Shown: positions 12,506 through 28,510, counted from the first letter of the stretch. The stretch: DNA of 64,000 nt from Eledone cirrhosa (GCA_964016885.1 OZ024740.1:151776001-151840000), one strand, 5' to 3'. Notes: a model not told the origin generated them from the sequence alone. Numbers and translations are program-made.

Positions 12506-15180
12506 ACGTGGGAAAGTAAAAAAATCGGAGAATAGACCGTTAAAACATGTTTATTTAAAACAGCACCTACGTACGTTTCGCCCAGTTGGGATTCTCAAGG
12601 GCATAAAAAATCACAAGTGTTCCTTATATTGCTCGGAAAGAGCTTTTGGGGTTAAATCCACATCAAGGTTCATTGCTCGCAAAAATATCTTGTTTTGATT
12701 TTGCAGCAGGTCAAGGGAGGTAACTCTGGCCGGTGTTAGGGCAGTCTTTCCCGGACAAATTTTTTTTTTTTTTTGCCGCATCTGTTTGTCTGAGGCTGGG
12801 TCTGGTACGCAAGGATTGTTTCCTGGGTTTTATTTTGCAGCGCCTGCCCGCCGGGGTGTTAAGACTTGTTTCAGGGAGATCCGGTGTACGGTTTCACTCC
12901 TCATCCTTACCCCATCTGAAGAAGGATATTTTTAAGCGATGTGTACAACTTATCGCTGTTTCAGCTCTGCTGTTGATTAGCTCGTGGGGTGCAGTTATGA
13001 TGTGGTAGAGCTCCATGAGGCAAAGATCGCATTTCCTCTTGAAGTTGTACGGTGCAGCCCTGCCGACAATCTCCCAGTGCGTGGAGAAGCTGATGTTTAA
13101 GTCCTTTAGTGATGTGATGTAGTCCGCGAGCGAAGTAGAGTGCCTTAGTTTTCTATTTGTGAAAGAGTGGAGATGTGTTCGAAACCTAATTTTGAACGGG
13201 CCGGAGGTAGCCCCTATATAATGTTTAACACTATTGTGGCTGGTAATAGTGCATCTATATATAACCCTATCAGTCAAGCAGTATCCTCTAAGGGGGCAGT
13301 GTCCTCTGTCGCGGCAGTTGCAATTTCTGTCGCGGTTCCGTCTATTTCCCACGGTAAGGCTATCATTGTTGCTGCCTACGTTGTTACCTACGCTACCGCA
13401 GCTGTCGTTAGCACCATTACAACCCACAGCACGCGGGGTGGTGCGATTGTTATTCCGCACGTCATGTCCTGCATGTTCCCCAGTCATTTCGCGGTTATGC
13501 TGGTTGGGTCTGCGGATGCCGTTGCCAACACTATTGGATGCTGCCAGGGAGTTGTTAAGGCCGATATAGTTATTGTCAGGTGTAGGTGCGTCTTTGTCGA
13601 GGTGCTGTGTCTTTATGATCTTACTGTGGTTCGTAGTTCCTATGATGTCTGCTAGGTTAGGAGTAGTAGAGAAGGATATTTTTATATTGTTCCTATTAAG
13701 AATTTTTCTATACCTATGGTTGGGCGGGAGTTCTTCTCTAAGGCTTCGAAGAACATCCGGGGTATGTTGGAGGCCACACTCCGAGAGCAGGGGGTGGAAC
13801 CATAGGACGTTTCGGTGGCGATTACGTGTCCTTGTACTTTTGCTACGGGTGGTTCCATCTAGGTGACCGCTCTTATGTGTGTTAATGCGCAGTCGCCCGT
13901 TCGGTGCCCCTTTCACTTTATGCTCGGATGCACTCTTCCTACCTCTTCCATGTTTATGTACACGAAGATGTTGGTTGGAAGGCGTTGGTAGTAGGCCGTC
14001 GCCTTTGTTGGTTTTGTAATAGGGGAATAGTTCGAGTAATCTACAGTGTTCACCGTCACCGGGGTCGTGATCTTTGGTGCGGTCATCTATTCTATTATAT
14101 CCGACTTTAACGAGGTCGCCGCGTGATCGGTTATAGGTATGGCTTACTATAACGTTTGTTTTATGAGGGGGGGGGGGGTTCTAGAGCTAGCGTTAGGGAT
14201 GTAGGAAATTCCTCGGTTAAAGCCGGCGCTTATCAGGGCCCTATTGTAGTAATCTGCCGCTTGGTTGAAGATATCCTCATTGGCGGATAGCCTCGAGATT
14301 CTATGTGAGATACTATAGACTATGGAGTTGAGAGTCTGCTTAGGGTGGTTGGAGGCATAATTAATATAAGAGAGGCACTCTCCAGGCTTATGGTGTGGCT
14401 TGTATAAGCCCGTACTCAACTCCAGGGTCACGTCCAGGAAGTTGACAACCCTGTGGTTGAGGTCCATAGTTACGGATAGGCCGTATGACTGGAAGAACCT
14501 GTGTATATGTTTGTTAAGGTTCTCTATCCTACGGGGACTATGGTTCCTAACGGTAAACAGGGCGTCGTCCCTATATACACCTCCTTGTAGGGCCGGTATA
14601 TCTTCCCTAAGCTTATGTAGGAGGTATATCCCGACCAGATCAGTTGCTTGCGCTGAGTCACTGGACCCTATCGTGACATCGAAGTTATCAGGACGGTTGG
14701 TTCTAGTCCAGTGGGAGCCTTCGAACTGGATAATGGTTCTACGCGCCGCTAGAATTATGTCTATTTCTTTTTTAGTGAGGCTAGTGTTAGATTAAGCTAA
14801 GATAAGTGCCTTATTTAAGAGTATGGGGGAGATAGAGGCGTAGTAACTATCTATATCAAACTGGATGAATTTCAGGGTGGCTTTATCCGGCAACTCGGAG
14901 AACCAATTTATGACCTGGTCGGTGTTGCCCCAGAGGCAGACCTTAGCCTTTCTATTAAGCTCCAGTAGTACTCTGTCGAGGATCACTTTACTAATCTTAC
15001 CTATATCTGATGTAGAGGGGCATATTAGTCTAATAGAGGGGCTTTCATTAAAGTCATATTTGTGATCCTTAAGAGAGAATTTAGGCGTCAGAGGGACGTA
15101 CGGGTTAGTGAACTTTTATATTTCTAAGCTGGTGACTATATCCTTCCCTACTCTATTTATGTCATTTAGGGTATCTATAT
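12506..15180 (-). mobile_element. 5'-truncated Penelope-like element (Naiad-like): RT plus GIY-YIG, frameshifted
   Basis: RT motifs FIQFDIDSYY, FDVTIGS, GVYRDDA, VNFLDVTL and SNHP; CNCR..CPL.G.CL linker; VIY...HYIG endonuclease; CDLC (ORF 12894-13916). Confidence 0.9.
12563..12602 (-). ncRNA. Minimal type I hammerhead, U3:A8 variant, in PLE 3' region
   Basis: Minus strand gccc UUGAGAA u-ccc-aacu-ggg-c GAAA cguacg UA ggugc; stem III is palindromic. Confidence 0.65.
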
Positions 15181-15182
15181 AT

Positions 15183-15277
15183 TGTTATACTTTGGGAGGG
15201 TCATGTTGTCAATAAGAAACACATGCACGAGTAATTTCACTCAAATTTATTATAAATTGCTAAACAAATTCAGAAAC

Positions 15278-15278
<1 letters not shown>
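15183..15278 (-). repeat. LTR-end-like dispersed repeat (tgttatactttgggagggtcatg...); other copies at 25303-25417 (inverted), 25615-26110 and 26178-26460
   Basis: Four recognisable copies next to TA tracts. On the minus strand they read aataaa ... tataaCA, like an LTR 3' end. Confidence 0.5.
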
Positions 15279-15336
<58 letters not shown>

Positions 15337-15660
15337 GGAGGGAGAGAGATTTTGGAATGCTCATCTCTACACTTATCTTCTACGAACACCCCCCCCCCTT
15401 TATTCCCCTCGCACGTTCCTCCTTCCTTACCTAACATAACAAAAACAAATCTTCCACTCCTCTTCTATCTATGAACCCAATCTTTGTGTTGCTTCCACTT
15501 TTTGAACTTAATATTTGTATTCCTCTACTCCCGATGAAGGACTTACGTCCGATTCATTGACCTTTCCTCTGATTCATGTTTTCAAGCGTGAATCTAATAA
15601 AACTACTTTTTGTTGTATCTCTGTGTTTGTATTGTCATTTTAATTTCTCTCTCTCTCTCC

Positions 15661-15721
<61 letters not shown>

Positions 15722-15910
15722 GATAAATCTACAAAAAGTTTACGGTAGTGTCCAATCCGTATGAAGAACTCAATGTAATCCGGATATCATGAAAAGAGAA
15801 GATGCATTCAAAAACTACTTTCGGTGAAAAATAAACGGAAAACAGAGTCAAGATAAATTATTAAAAAAATAATGAATAAACAAAGAAACAATTCCTTATA
15901 TTAAAAAAAT

Positions 15911-16052
15911 TCATCATTTTACGATCGTTTCTAGGATATATATGTGTTAGAGTTGGTATGCATATTCTATAGATCTATGTACAATATTTATACAAACTAT
16001 CAGAGGGAATATACATACCTACACATATATATGCTGTCTTCACAAATAATGA
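15911..16052 (-). ncRNA. Type I hammerhead with about 100-nt stem II (C3G-mutated copy; plus-strand copy 16761-17100 split by a SINE)
   Basis: Stem I ucauuauuu/aaaugauga (9 bp), core (C/G)UGAAGA, long hairpin, GAAA cgaucg UA. Confidence 0.7.
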
Positions 16053-16777
16053 TATTTGTTTATTGATAAGAACAAAGATTCAATACAATAGGTCTGTTTG
16101 GGAACAGGTTTTGAATTGACCAATCAGGAGATATTGAGGGTCAAGATAGTATTATAGTAGTAAGAGAACCTTAAATTATGGGTAGAGGAAGGTAGATTTC
16201 AGTTTTGGATGGAAAAGAGTATTATGAATGAAGAATTATTTTAGGGAAGAAATAGGTCATATGCTGACCTCAGAAATAATTTTATTTGTTCATTGAATAA
16301 AACCAACAAAGATCTAATATATTCTGTCTGTTTGGTAAGAGGTTTAGAATTAACCAATAGAAAGTTAATAATTGGCCAAATGGTAAAATAGTAGTAATTG
16401 AAGCTTATTTTAGGGGTGAAACTAGGTCAGGTGCTCAGTAAAAGGTATACAAGCAGTTGCTGTTATAAAATAGTAATGCCAATACAAATATCTAAGGTGA
16501 CCAAAGTTTTAAGATAAGAATGTTAGTGAAAAAATACATCTATGAAAAGAATATAAAATTAATTTAATTGATGGGTATATTTATATTGATAAAATTATAC
16601 TAATACATATAGATATGATAAATAAGAGTTAGATGCAGTTGAAAAGTGCTGTTAAAGATGAGGGGGGATTAAAAGAATATAAAAATAATATATATATATA
16701 TATACACATACATATACACATATATTGTATTGAATCTTTGTTCTTATCAATAAACAAATATCATTATTTCTGAAGAC

Positions 16778-16962
16778 AGCGGTGGATTGGCAGTATCGGT
16801 AGAGGGTCGGACGCCATGCTTTCCAGCATAGTTACGTCCCTTTACCATCTGAGTTCAAATCCCGCCGAGGTTGACTTTGCCTTTCATCCTTACGGGGTCG
16901 ATAAAATAAAGTACCAGTAATGCACTGGTAATTGCTGGCCTTGTGCCTAAAGTAGAAACAAT
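16778..16962 (+). mobile_element. Full-length SINE family A with target-site duplication
   Basis: A-box-like tggcagtatcgg, B-box gagttcaaatccc and Meta-like core. TSD attatttNtgaagacagc at 16763-16780 and 16961-16978. Confidence 0.92.
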
Positions 16963-17152
16963 TATTTGTGAAGACAGCATATATATGTGTAGGTATGTAT
17001 ATTCCCTCTGATAGTTTGTATAAATATTGTACATAGATCTATAGAATATGCATACCAACTCTAACACATATATATCCTAGAAACGATCGTAAAATGATGA
17101 ATTTTTTTAATATAAGGAATTGTTTCTTTGTTTATTCATTATTTTTTTAATA

Positions 17153-17194
<42 letters not shown>

Positions 17195-17225
17195 CTCTCG
17201 GTTTTTCTCTCTCTCTCTATCTATC

Positions 17226-17267
<42 letters not shown>

Positions 17268-17339
17268 TCTCTCTCTCTCGCCTTGTGTATATTTATATAT
17301 ATATGTAATTTAAGAAGAATACAAACACAGATATAACAA

Positions 17340-17414
<75 letters not shown>

Positions 17415-18166
17415 CTACTTAATTAAAATAGGAATTATAACCCTTTTAGAACTCAACGTAGAGTTGATATGAATATTCCATCGAGCCAAATCGAAATTTG
17501 CGCTATGTTATTACATGTAGTTAAGTCTAAACTATAATAAAGAAAGGAGTGCGGAACTGCATCCAGAATATAGCTTTTACCCCGTTTGTAAAATAAGTTG
17601 GATTACTTTGAATAAATAATGAATGACTATTACATAATTTATCTACTAAATTTCGTGGTTATTGATTAAATATATTTTATAGCTTATTTAAAGATTCACT
17701 TCTTCAAAATTGTCAAATGTCAACACTTCCGGTTAGCGGCCATTATATTATAATACTTATAATCGCATATATTTCCGTCACTAATTTTCTCCTAATGCAG
17801 TTTATATATAATATCGTCTTCTTTTTAATGTATCATGGATTACGTTACTGATTACATAAGACAGTGCAACATAGACTTCGTTCAATTTCTGTGTATATTG
17901 TCAATTATGATTTTATTTACATGCATATATATTTGTGTATAATATCAATATACACACTGCACATGCTAGCAGAAAAACACCCGAAGGGTGGTTTTTCTGC
18001 TAGTAAATATAATGTCCTTTAAAACATACACTCACACAAAAATATATATATGCATTTCTATGTATAAACAAAATGACTACCCACTCGCTATCGACTAACT
18101 GAAACTTTAAGTGTTAAGCTAGAATTCTAATGTCTCTGATGCCTCGTAAACGAAACAACCCCACCC

Positions 18167-18243
<77 letters not shown>

Positions 18244-18679
18244 AGTGTGTAATGGCGTGTGTATGTCTGTAAGTGCGTGTGCCTGTGTGTGCATATGTGT
18301 GTGTGTATGAATGCATGGTTATGTCTGTGTCCATGTTTAAGCCTGCCCCAGAAAATCTGTGTTGTGTTGCTGTCCTATCAACACAGGCAATGCGCCTCTT
18401 TCGATAAACAAAGAATTACCTAACTGGAATAAGAACTGTTAGGTCGATGTGATTTATTAAAACACTTGAATGGGGTGTTCTACCATAAATGTTGTTCAGT
18501 GACTGAAAGCAGCAAAGGAAAATACACAATAATAAATACTAAAGTTTTTTATATGACATCAACCTTTGGTTAACGTCACAAGCATTTTTGCCATTTCGAT
18601 TAATGAATTTTAGTATCTTTGTGGTTTAGCAATAAATAAATAAATAAATAAAAGAAATTAAAAAATGTTTTAAGTCATT

Positions 18680-19110
18680 TTATTTGGCTGCATACTTTGT
18701 GAGTTCAAAAGCCATTGAGGGCAACTTTGCTTTTCATCCCGTCGGAGTCAATAAAATAAAGTACTGGTTAAATACTGGAGACGATATAATCGACTTGCTC
18801 TTCCCCAATTGGCTGGTGTTGTAAAAACGTTAGAAATAATTATTACTTAAAGGTTTTAGATTACATAAAACTTCGATTAACGTTACATATATTTTTGTAG
18901 TTTCAATTAATGAAATTTAGTTTTTTTTTTGCTTTTTTTGGTTTAGCATCATTTTTTCCCGTTAATGCATTGGAGAAAGTAATTTGTCAGATTTGGCTGT
19001 CGCTTTACTTTCTGAGTTCAAATATTGCCAAATTCAGCTTTACCTTTCATCTTTCTGGGGTCGATAAAATAAAGTATCAGTGAAGAACTGCAGTCAAATT
19101 AATCGATCCT
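18680..19110 (+). mobile_element. Two degraded SINE family A-related copies inside an old tandem duplication of about 300 bp
   Basis: gagttcaaa...ttttcatc...gtcRataaaataaagta occurs twice. Confidence 0.65.
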
Positions 19111-19458
19111 TTCTTCCACTGAAAATACTAATTTAAAAGCCATTTTTGTTGTTTGATCGAGCAGATCTTCGATCAAAAAGTTTTAGCCTCGAGCATAGCA
19201 TCGTTTTATTTTTGGGGGCATATGTGGTTTCTGTGAGGTCTGCTAGTACGTTTCATAGTAGATCTAGTGATCACATTACAGTCCTTTGACATATATTGTA
19301 TTTAAATAGCGTGTCAGCTCTTAACATCATATGGAGTAGTGGGGGTGCCATTGGGATATATGGATCGGCACATTCATCTCTAAGTCCGAATACATCCAAT
19401 TTCTTCCAAAGAGAGAGAGAGCGATAGTGTGTGTGTGTGTGTGTGTCTGTGTGTGTGT

Positions 19459-19521
<63 letters not shown>

Positions 19522-19736
19522 TGAGTGATAGAGAGAGTAAAATAGAGATAATTAAATGCAGGAAATGAGAAAGATATATAGATGGAAAATCGACCACAGT
19601 ACTGGGCTAGTACTTTATTTATTGAGTTTGAAATGATGAAGGCTCATTTGACCTCGAATTGCGGCGTTCTAACGGATGACTGGTTTTATTGCATTTGGAT
19701 AGCGTCTGTTAAATAGATGTGATGTAAGTCAGATAT

Positions 19737-20041
19737 AATTGTTTCTACTTTTGGCTCAGGACCAGCAATTATCCCAGTGTATTACTGGTACTTTATTTTA
19801 TCGACCCCGTAAGGATGAAAGGCAAAGTTAACCTCGGCGGGATTTGAACTCAGACCATAAAGGGCCGTAACTCTTTGCTGCAAAGCATGGCGTCCGACCC
19901 TCTACAAATACTGCCAAGTAAGTCAGATATAATTGTTTCTACATTTGGCACAAGGCCAACAATTACCCAGTGCATTACTGGTACTTTATTTTATCGACCC
20001 CGTAAGGATGAAAGGCAAAGTTAACCTCGGCGGGATTTGAG
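19737..20041 (-). mobile_element. Two adjacent SINE family A copies
   Basis: Same core at 19737-19917 and 19930-20041; flanking gtaRgtcagatataat repeated three times. Confidence 0.88.
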
Positions 20042-20342
20042 TAGGTCAGATATAATATTCGATAGAAAGTCAACTTGTATCTGACATTTAAACTTCAACC
20101 GAGATGACATTATATAAGTGCAGCCAGAAAATATCCTCGATAGCTGAGTGGTCAAAATAATAGAATATTGTAGACACAATTTTCCTAGGGATATTGCTTA
20201 TCACACCAAACTCTCACTTTCCAAAAACCACTTGAAAGCTGACTCGTACATAAACACACAAACACGCACAAAAAGAAAAACGCGCACAACACATACATAT
20301 TCTCTCGAACAATCACACAATACATACATATAAACGCACATA

Positions 20343-20414
<72 letters not shown>

Positions 20415-20544
20415 TGTGTGTTTCTGTGTACATAGAGATGTGTGTGTGTGTGTGTGTGTGTCTGATTACCCTGTGATAAACCGGTGAAACTCCTGTGTAA
20501 TATGATTCATTATTTAGCCATAATAAACGAACATATATATACAG

Positions 20545-20581
<37 letters not shown>

Positions 20582-20607
20582 GTATATATATATACATATA
20601 TATGTAC

Positions 20608-20642
<35 letters not shown>

Positions 20643-20654
20643 TACATATATATG

Positions 20655-20792
<138 letters not shown>

Positions 20793-20831
20793 TCTATATA
20801 TATACATATATATATGTATATATATATATAT

Positions 20832-20895
<64 letters not shown>

Positions 20896-20967
20896 TATAT
20901 ATATACATATATATATATATACATACATACAGATATATATATATATCATACAGATATATATATATAT

Positions 20968-23764
20968 CTTGAGACTACGAGAAAATACGTCTAACGTAAA
21001 AATTTCTCAAACTCAGGACGGCCAACTCTCTTAACAACATCCCAACTCTAAACACCAACAGAGGCGAACAAGACGTTACCAACACCGAACCTAGCGGCGC
21101 CCCGACCAACAACACACCTGACGCAAAACACCTCGTCACAGACTTGACAGGATCCCTCTCCCGAGAGGAATTAGACCTCCTCAGTCTGGGTCCCAAGTTC
21201 ATATTAAAACAGAGACTGGACGACAGACTATGGCTCGACATAGAAACGAATTTCTGTCGGGCTGCCTACCAACTGAAATGGATATCGACTCCCGACAACA
21301 ACACCACGGAATCCATCAAACCCAGATTCCCGATATACCAACTAGATCGCCCACTCTATCCACCGCCTGCCAACCGCGAGCTTGAAGAAAAACTCTCGAG
21401 ACTAAAACATTCCGTATTTAACATCTTACGGAAACAGAAGAAGATGGCCCCAAACCTCTCCAGGACACAACAACTCGCCCTGAAGAACCTACGGAATAGG
21501 GAACTTATTTACTTACCATCCGACAAAGGTAAAGAGTTTTGCGTCATCTCTCAAGCCACATACAATAACCTAGCCTTCGAACACCTAAGCGACAGTGAAT
21601 TATACACAGTGATCCCGGACATGACTGCAGCCCAGATCGAAAAACAGACCAACTCCATTTGGTTCGATATCTGTAGGAGAAGACAACTCCCAAATAAAGT
21701 TAAGCTCAACTACACCACTAGAAATAGCAGACTACCCACTTTCTACCACCTCATCAAGACCCACAAGAATAGTACTAAGACGCAAATAAGACCCATCGTC
21801 TCTAGCATAGAAGGACCCCTATACAAAATTTCCTGGCTTCTCTCCCAGGTCCTCAAGCCTCTACTCTCCACCTTTCCCGGGCATGTCAGTAGCTCCGACG
21901 AAGTTATACGTAGACTACACCAACTCCAGCCAGAACAACTTAAACTAAATAAATACGCTTTTAGCCTCGACGTTGTCAACCTCTACACTACAGTCCCCGC
22001 TCATCCAGCTGTCGATTTATTGACGGACTGCGTGGTCGCAGAGGACATCCACTGCTACGGCCTCCACCCGACTGACATACACCAGCTTTTGTCCTTCACA
22101 GTAGACAACACGTACTTCACCTTCCACCACCACACATACAGACAGACAACAGGATTACCCATGGGATCCAGCCTATCGGGCCTGCTGGCCATCACCTACA
22201 TGAACCAGCTAGAATGCCGAGCCCTCAACATCTGCCATTCCCATGCCTTCTTCACCCGATATGTAGATGACATACTCATCCTTACATCATCCCGTGAGGA
22301 GGCAGATAAAATATACACAACATTCTCAAGCATGGACGCCAGTATAAAGTTCAGCATGGAACACCCCGATGACCGCGGATCCCTATCCCTACAACTTCGA
22401 ACTCAGGGTAACAGAGGAAGGCAACATCCACACCTGCTTCTATAAAAAGTCCGCCAGCAGGGACCTGATCGTACATTTCAGATCGGCCCTCCCACTCGGT
22501 GCCAAGTTCGGATACATAAGGAACAAACAGGCACGTATCAGGAACAAATGCATCGACGCTAGAGACCGAGACACACACATACCACACATTTCCTGGAAGT
22601 ACTCAAACTGAACGGATACACGACATCCACCACAAACCGTGCCAGAAAGAACAGAGGACACCACACCCGAGGCACTAACACTTGCTTCCTGAAGCTCCCA
22701 CACTTCAGTGAAGAAACAACAGCCATCCGCAGAGCCATCAGACGAGAGGGACTGGATATCCAACTGGCTCACTCGGGTCCTTCTCTGCGCGGACGGCTGG
22801 CCAAGAGACACTCCACCAGACATGACAACTGCTGCAGACTAGCCAACTGCCCCATCAACGACACAGACCTATGCCACCAGGCTTACGTAGTATACAGACT
22901 AGAGTGTGACAAATGCAACAACTTCTACGTAGGTAGCACCACCAGACCACTCCACATAAGAATAAAAGAACACCTCAATACTAACGCTTCCACATTTAAG
23001 AAACACCTAGTTAAATGCAAAAACACCGACAAAACCATAACAGTTAGGATAGAAACTAAGGAAAGAAACCTCGGCAATCTTAGAATTAAGGAAACACTAA
23101 TTATAGATAAAACACAACCACCAATCAATAATAGACTAGAACTCAACACCCAATTTATAACCTGATAGGGCCTCTAGCCCCATATTTACACACCCCACAC
23201 ACACACACGCACGCGCGCGCACACACGCTTACACCTCCACTTATTCTCTCTCACACATACACACACAAAACCAGTTCTAACACCAGATAACACCTACCCC
23301 CCACATTTACGAATAGACCTATCTTTTCACACTCTCACACACACACCCCATACCTACACCTTCATGCATTCTCCCACACACTTATACAGGCATGTATATA
23401 AAATAAAAACAAAAAAAACCCTTAACAAACCCCTTTTAAAGGGAGACTACTCTTTATCCACCTAATTTTAATTCTTTGATATTAGAGATAGAACAGTTAC
23501 TCGATACTATTTCCTGTCAGCAGGGCTTGGCTAGATATTTAGAGCGCTGGTTTGAGACCTTTATTTCCCTCCGAAGAAGAGATATTATCTCGAAAATTAA
23601 GGACATTTAAATAAATTCAAGGTAAAGGACGAATTGTCAACAATATCTTTTACAATTGCATTCTTTTTTCTATGTCCATACCTGCATTGTTTTGGCTTTA
23701 TTACACATATTCAAACGTTTATACCTCATTACACAATGTTTCAAGTGAACTATAACCTCCTCCA
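20968..23764 (+). mobile_element. Penelope-like element (RT plus GIY-YIG, 5'-truncated, frameshifted) inserted in (TA)n
   Basis: LSLGPKF, PSDKG, IRPIVS, FSLDVVNLYT, QTTGLPMGSSLS and RYVDDI (ORF 21144-22445). Later frame CPI...LC..VVYRLECDKCNNFYVGSTTRPLHIRIKEH ends at TGA 23163-23165. Confidence 0.93.
23567..23603 (+). ncRNA. Minimal hammerhead in PLE 3' pLTR (CCGAAGA core)
   Basis: ccu CCGAAGA a gagau-auu-aucuc GAAA au UA agg. Confidence 0.6.
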
Positions 23765-25224
<1,460 letters not shown>

Positions 25225-25416
25225 TGGAGGAGGTTATAGTTCACTTGAAGCATTGTGTAATGAGGTATAAACGTTTGAATATGTGTAATAAAGCCAAAAC
25301 AATCAGAAATTTATAGATTTATAAATTTCTAAATTTATAAATATATAATAAATTGAAGTGAAAGCAACTGGAGGGTGTGTTTCTTATTGGCAACATGACC
25401 CTCCCAAAGTATAACA

Positions 25417-25455
<39 letters not shown>

Positions 25456-25476
25456 GATATAGATATATATATATAC

Positions 25477-25540
<64 letters not shown>

Positions 25541-26110
25541 GTGTATATATATATATATATATATGTATATGTATATATATATATCTATATATATATATAT
25601 ATGTATATATATATTGTTATACTTTGGGAGGGTCATGTTGCCAATAAGAAACACACCCTCCAGTTGCTTTCACTTCAATTTATTATATATTTATAAATTT
25701 AGAAATTTATAAATCTATAAATTTCTGATTGGTTGGTTGGTTCCACAACCAGATAGTTGTTTATATATAGTCATAGTCCTTTCGTCACACACTCTGTAAC
25801 CTCTTTAGTGACTGGGGATTCCTCTCTTTGTTTCTGTGCCTTTCCTTTTTTCTGTCCTACGCCATTTTGTTTCTGTGTGTGTGTTGTGTGCTCAGTTTGC
25901 GCATGCGCCACATCCGGGTGTCTGTGTGTGTTTATATTCATTTATCTATTTGTTTATTTATTTATTTATTTACATGTTATTGGTTTGTTGTTTGTCCTAT
26001 GTGTGTGTGTGTTTTCATTTTGTCCTTAATTGTAAGTTGTGATGTTGCTGTTCCACTCATATTTTCTATTTAATTTTGGTTGTAATTGTTTTATGTTTAT
26101 TGCCTCTGTA

Positions 26111-26176
<66 letters not shown>

Positions 26177-26455
26177 GTTGTGATACTTTGGGAGGGTCAT
26201 GTCGCCAATAAGAAAGACACGCACCAGTTTCTTTCACTTCAATTTACTATAATATATTTATAAATTTAGGAATTTATAAATTTCCTGTTGGTTGGTTCCA
26301 CAACCAGATGATTGTTTATATATTGTCAAAGTTCTTTCGTCACATATTCTGTGACCTCTTCAGTGACTGGGGATTCTTTTCTTTTCTTTGTTTTTGTGCC
26401 TCTCCTTCGTTCTGTCCTACGCCATCTTGTCTTTGTGTGTGTTGTGTGCTTAGTT

Positions 26456-26499
<44 letters not shown>

Positions 26500-26603
26500 T
26501 ATGTATAAATATATATAAATATACATAGGTTATTCCGGGTTGAATCGGAAGTAACCACAGTAAGTAACGTACTCAATACATTGCAGAATATAAAAGTTTT
26601 AAT

Positions 26604-26710
26604 ATAGATGAGATATACAGGACTATAACTGTTTCATTCTTTAGAAATCATCAGATTTCTGATGATTTCTAAAGAATGAAACAGTTCTAGTCCTGTAGAA
26701 TCTTATCTAT
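26604..26710. ncRNA. Palindromic pair of hammerhead cores (minus 26616-26654, plus 26659-26697)
   Basis: CUGAUGA uuuc-uaaa-gaau GAAA cag-N8-cug UA on both strands around attt. The 5' strand of stem I is lost. Confidence 0.7.
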
Positions 26711-26743
26711 CTATATGTATATACATATATATATATAGACATA

Positions 26744-26779
<36 letters not shown>

Positions 26780-26782
26780 GAC

Positions 26783-26861
<79 letters not shown>

Positions 26862-26867
26862 GACATA

Positions 26868-26970
<103 letters not shown>

Positions 26971-26990
26971 GTATACATATATATATATGT

Positions 26991-27085
<95 letters not shown>

Positions 27086-27088
<3 letters not shown>

Positions 27089-28046
27089 TATGAAGAGAGA
27101 AGAAACATTTAGATATAATTAGTAATAAAATGTATCATACCTAAACTGCTCCTAAATTCCTCGACTACGTAGTTTCGTGGCATAAACAAAAACAATATAT
27201 CATAAAGATATAGAGTCCCTGCGAGGTCTGCCGACTTATCAAGAGGATACCTCATTTTACTAGTCTCAAGAACGCGTCTACACGACGTGAGAAATAATCC
27301 CAAAAGGCGGAGGGGGAGATAGTCACGCGATATAACGGTCGAGAAACAGAGCTAAGCCTCTTATAACCACGAAGAAAATACCACGGAGGCGGAGGGGGTA
27401 TTCATATCGAGGCCGCAGAAGAGGTGGTGAAGAAGGCTAGAAGTATGAGTAATGGAAGCTTTCCAGTTGTCCCCACACTTCAAAGATTGCTCGACCAGAG
27501 GGAGTTATTAACAATATATTTAGAAACACACAGATACATGCGGACACACACATATATACATGAATGCATCCGCACCCAACTGTGAGTTAAGGGTGCCAAC
27601 TTCACCGATGTTGCTCAATGAATGACCGGGACAGACCAATTCAGTTGAACCAGACTGAACCAGTATCAGAGTTAAAAATACATTATGAAGAGAGAAGAAA
27701 CATTTAGATATAATTAGTAATAAAATGTATCATACCTAAACTGCTCCTAAATTCCTCTACTACGTAGTTTCGTGGCATAAACAAAAACAATATATCATAA
27801 AGATATAGAGTCCCTGCGAGGTCTGCCGACTTATCAAGAGGATACCTCATTTTACTAGTCTCAAGAACGCGTCTACACGACGTGAGAAAGAATCCCAAAA
27901 GGCGGAGGGGGAGATAGTCACGCGATATAACGGTCGAGAAACAGAGCTAAGCCTCTTATAACCACGAAGAAAATACCACGGAGGTGGAGGGGGTATTCAT
28001 ATCGAGGCCGCAGAAGAGGTGGTGAAGAAGGCTAGAAGTATGAGTA
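27086..28046 (-). mobile_element. Tandem of a 595-bp non-coding unit (1.6 copies) with one hammerhead per unit
   Basis: Repeat starts at 27086 and 27681. HHRs at 27158-27247 and 27753-27842: uccuc UUGAUAA gu(c)ggca...ugccac GAAA cuacguag U(C/A) gagga. Flanked by (TA)n. Confidence 0.85.
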
Positions 28047-28059
28047 TATATATATATAT

Positions 28060-28200
<141 letters not shown>

Positions 28201-28267
28201 CATACATATATATATATACATATAGTTATACATACATATATATATATACATACATATATATATATAC

Positions 28268-28308
<41 letters not shown>

Positions 28309-28313
28309 GATAG

Positions 28314-28346
<33 letters not shown>

Positions 28347-28350
28347 TATG

Positions 28351-28384
<34 letters not shown>

Positions 28385-28426
28385 TACATATATGTGCATA
28401 TATATATGTGCATATATATATATACA

Positions 28427-28510
<84 letters not shown>

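Larger units (their letters stand above)
15853..17158. mobile_element. Head-to-head foldback of an HHR-bearing non-coding element (arms 15853-16090 and 16723-17158)
   Basis: Arms are near-perfect reverse complements. The right arm is interrupted by a SINE. Confidence 0.85.

Noticed and set aside
12894-13340. Selenocysteine (UGA) recoding, reported for some Naiad PLEs
   Set aside because: All conserved Cys positions (CNCR..CPL..C, CDLC, SCTH) are ordinary Cys codons in an open frame.
15525-15556. HHR-like ccgatga-aggac-ttac-gtcc-gatt
   Set aside because: GAAA and stem III are lost; a decayed pLTR remnant at best.
16778-16870. tRNA gene
   Set aside because: The A/B boxes belong to a multi-copy SINE head with no complete cloverleaf.
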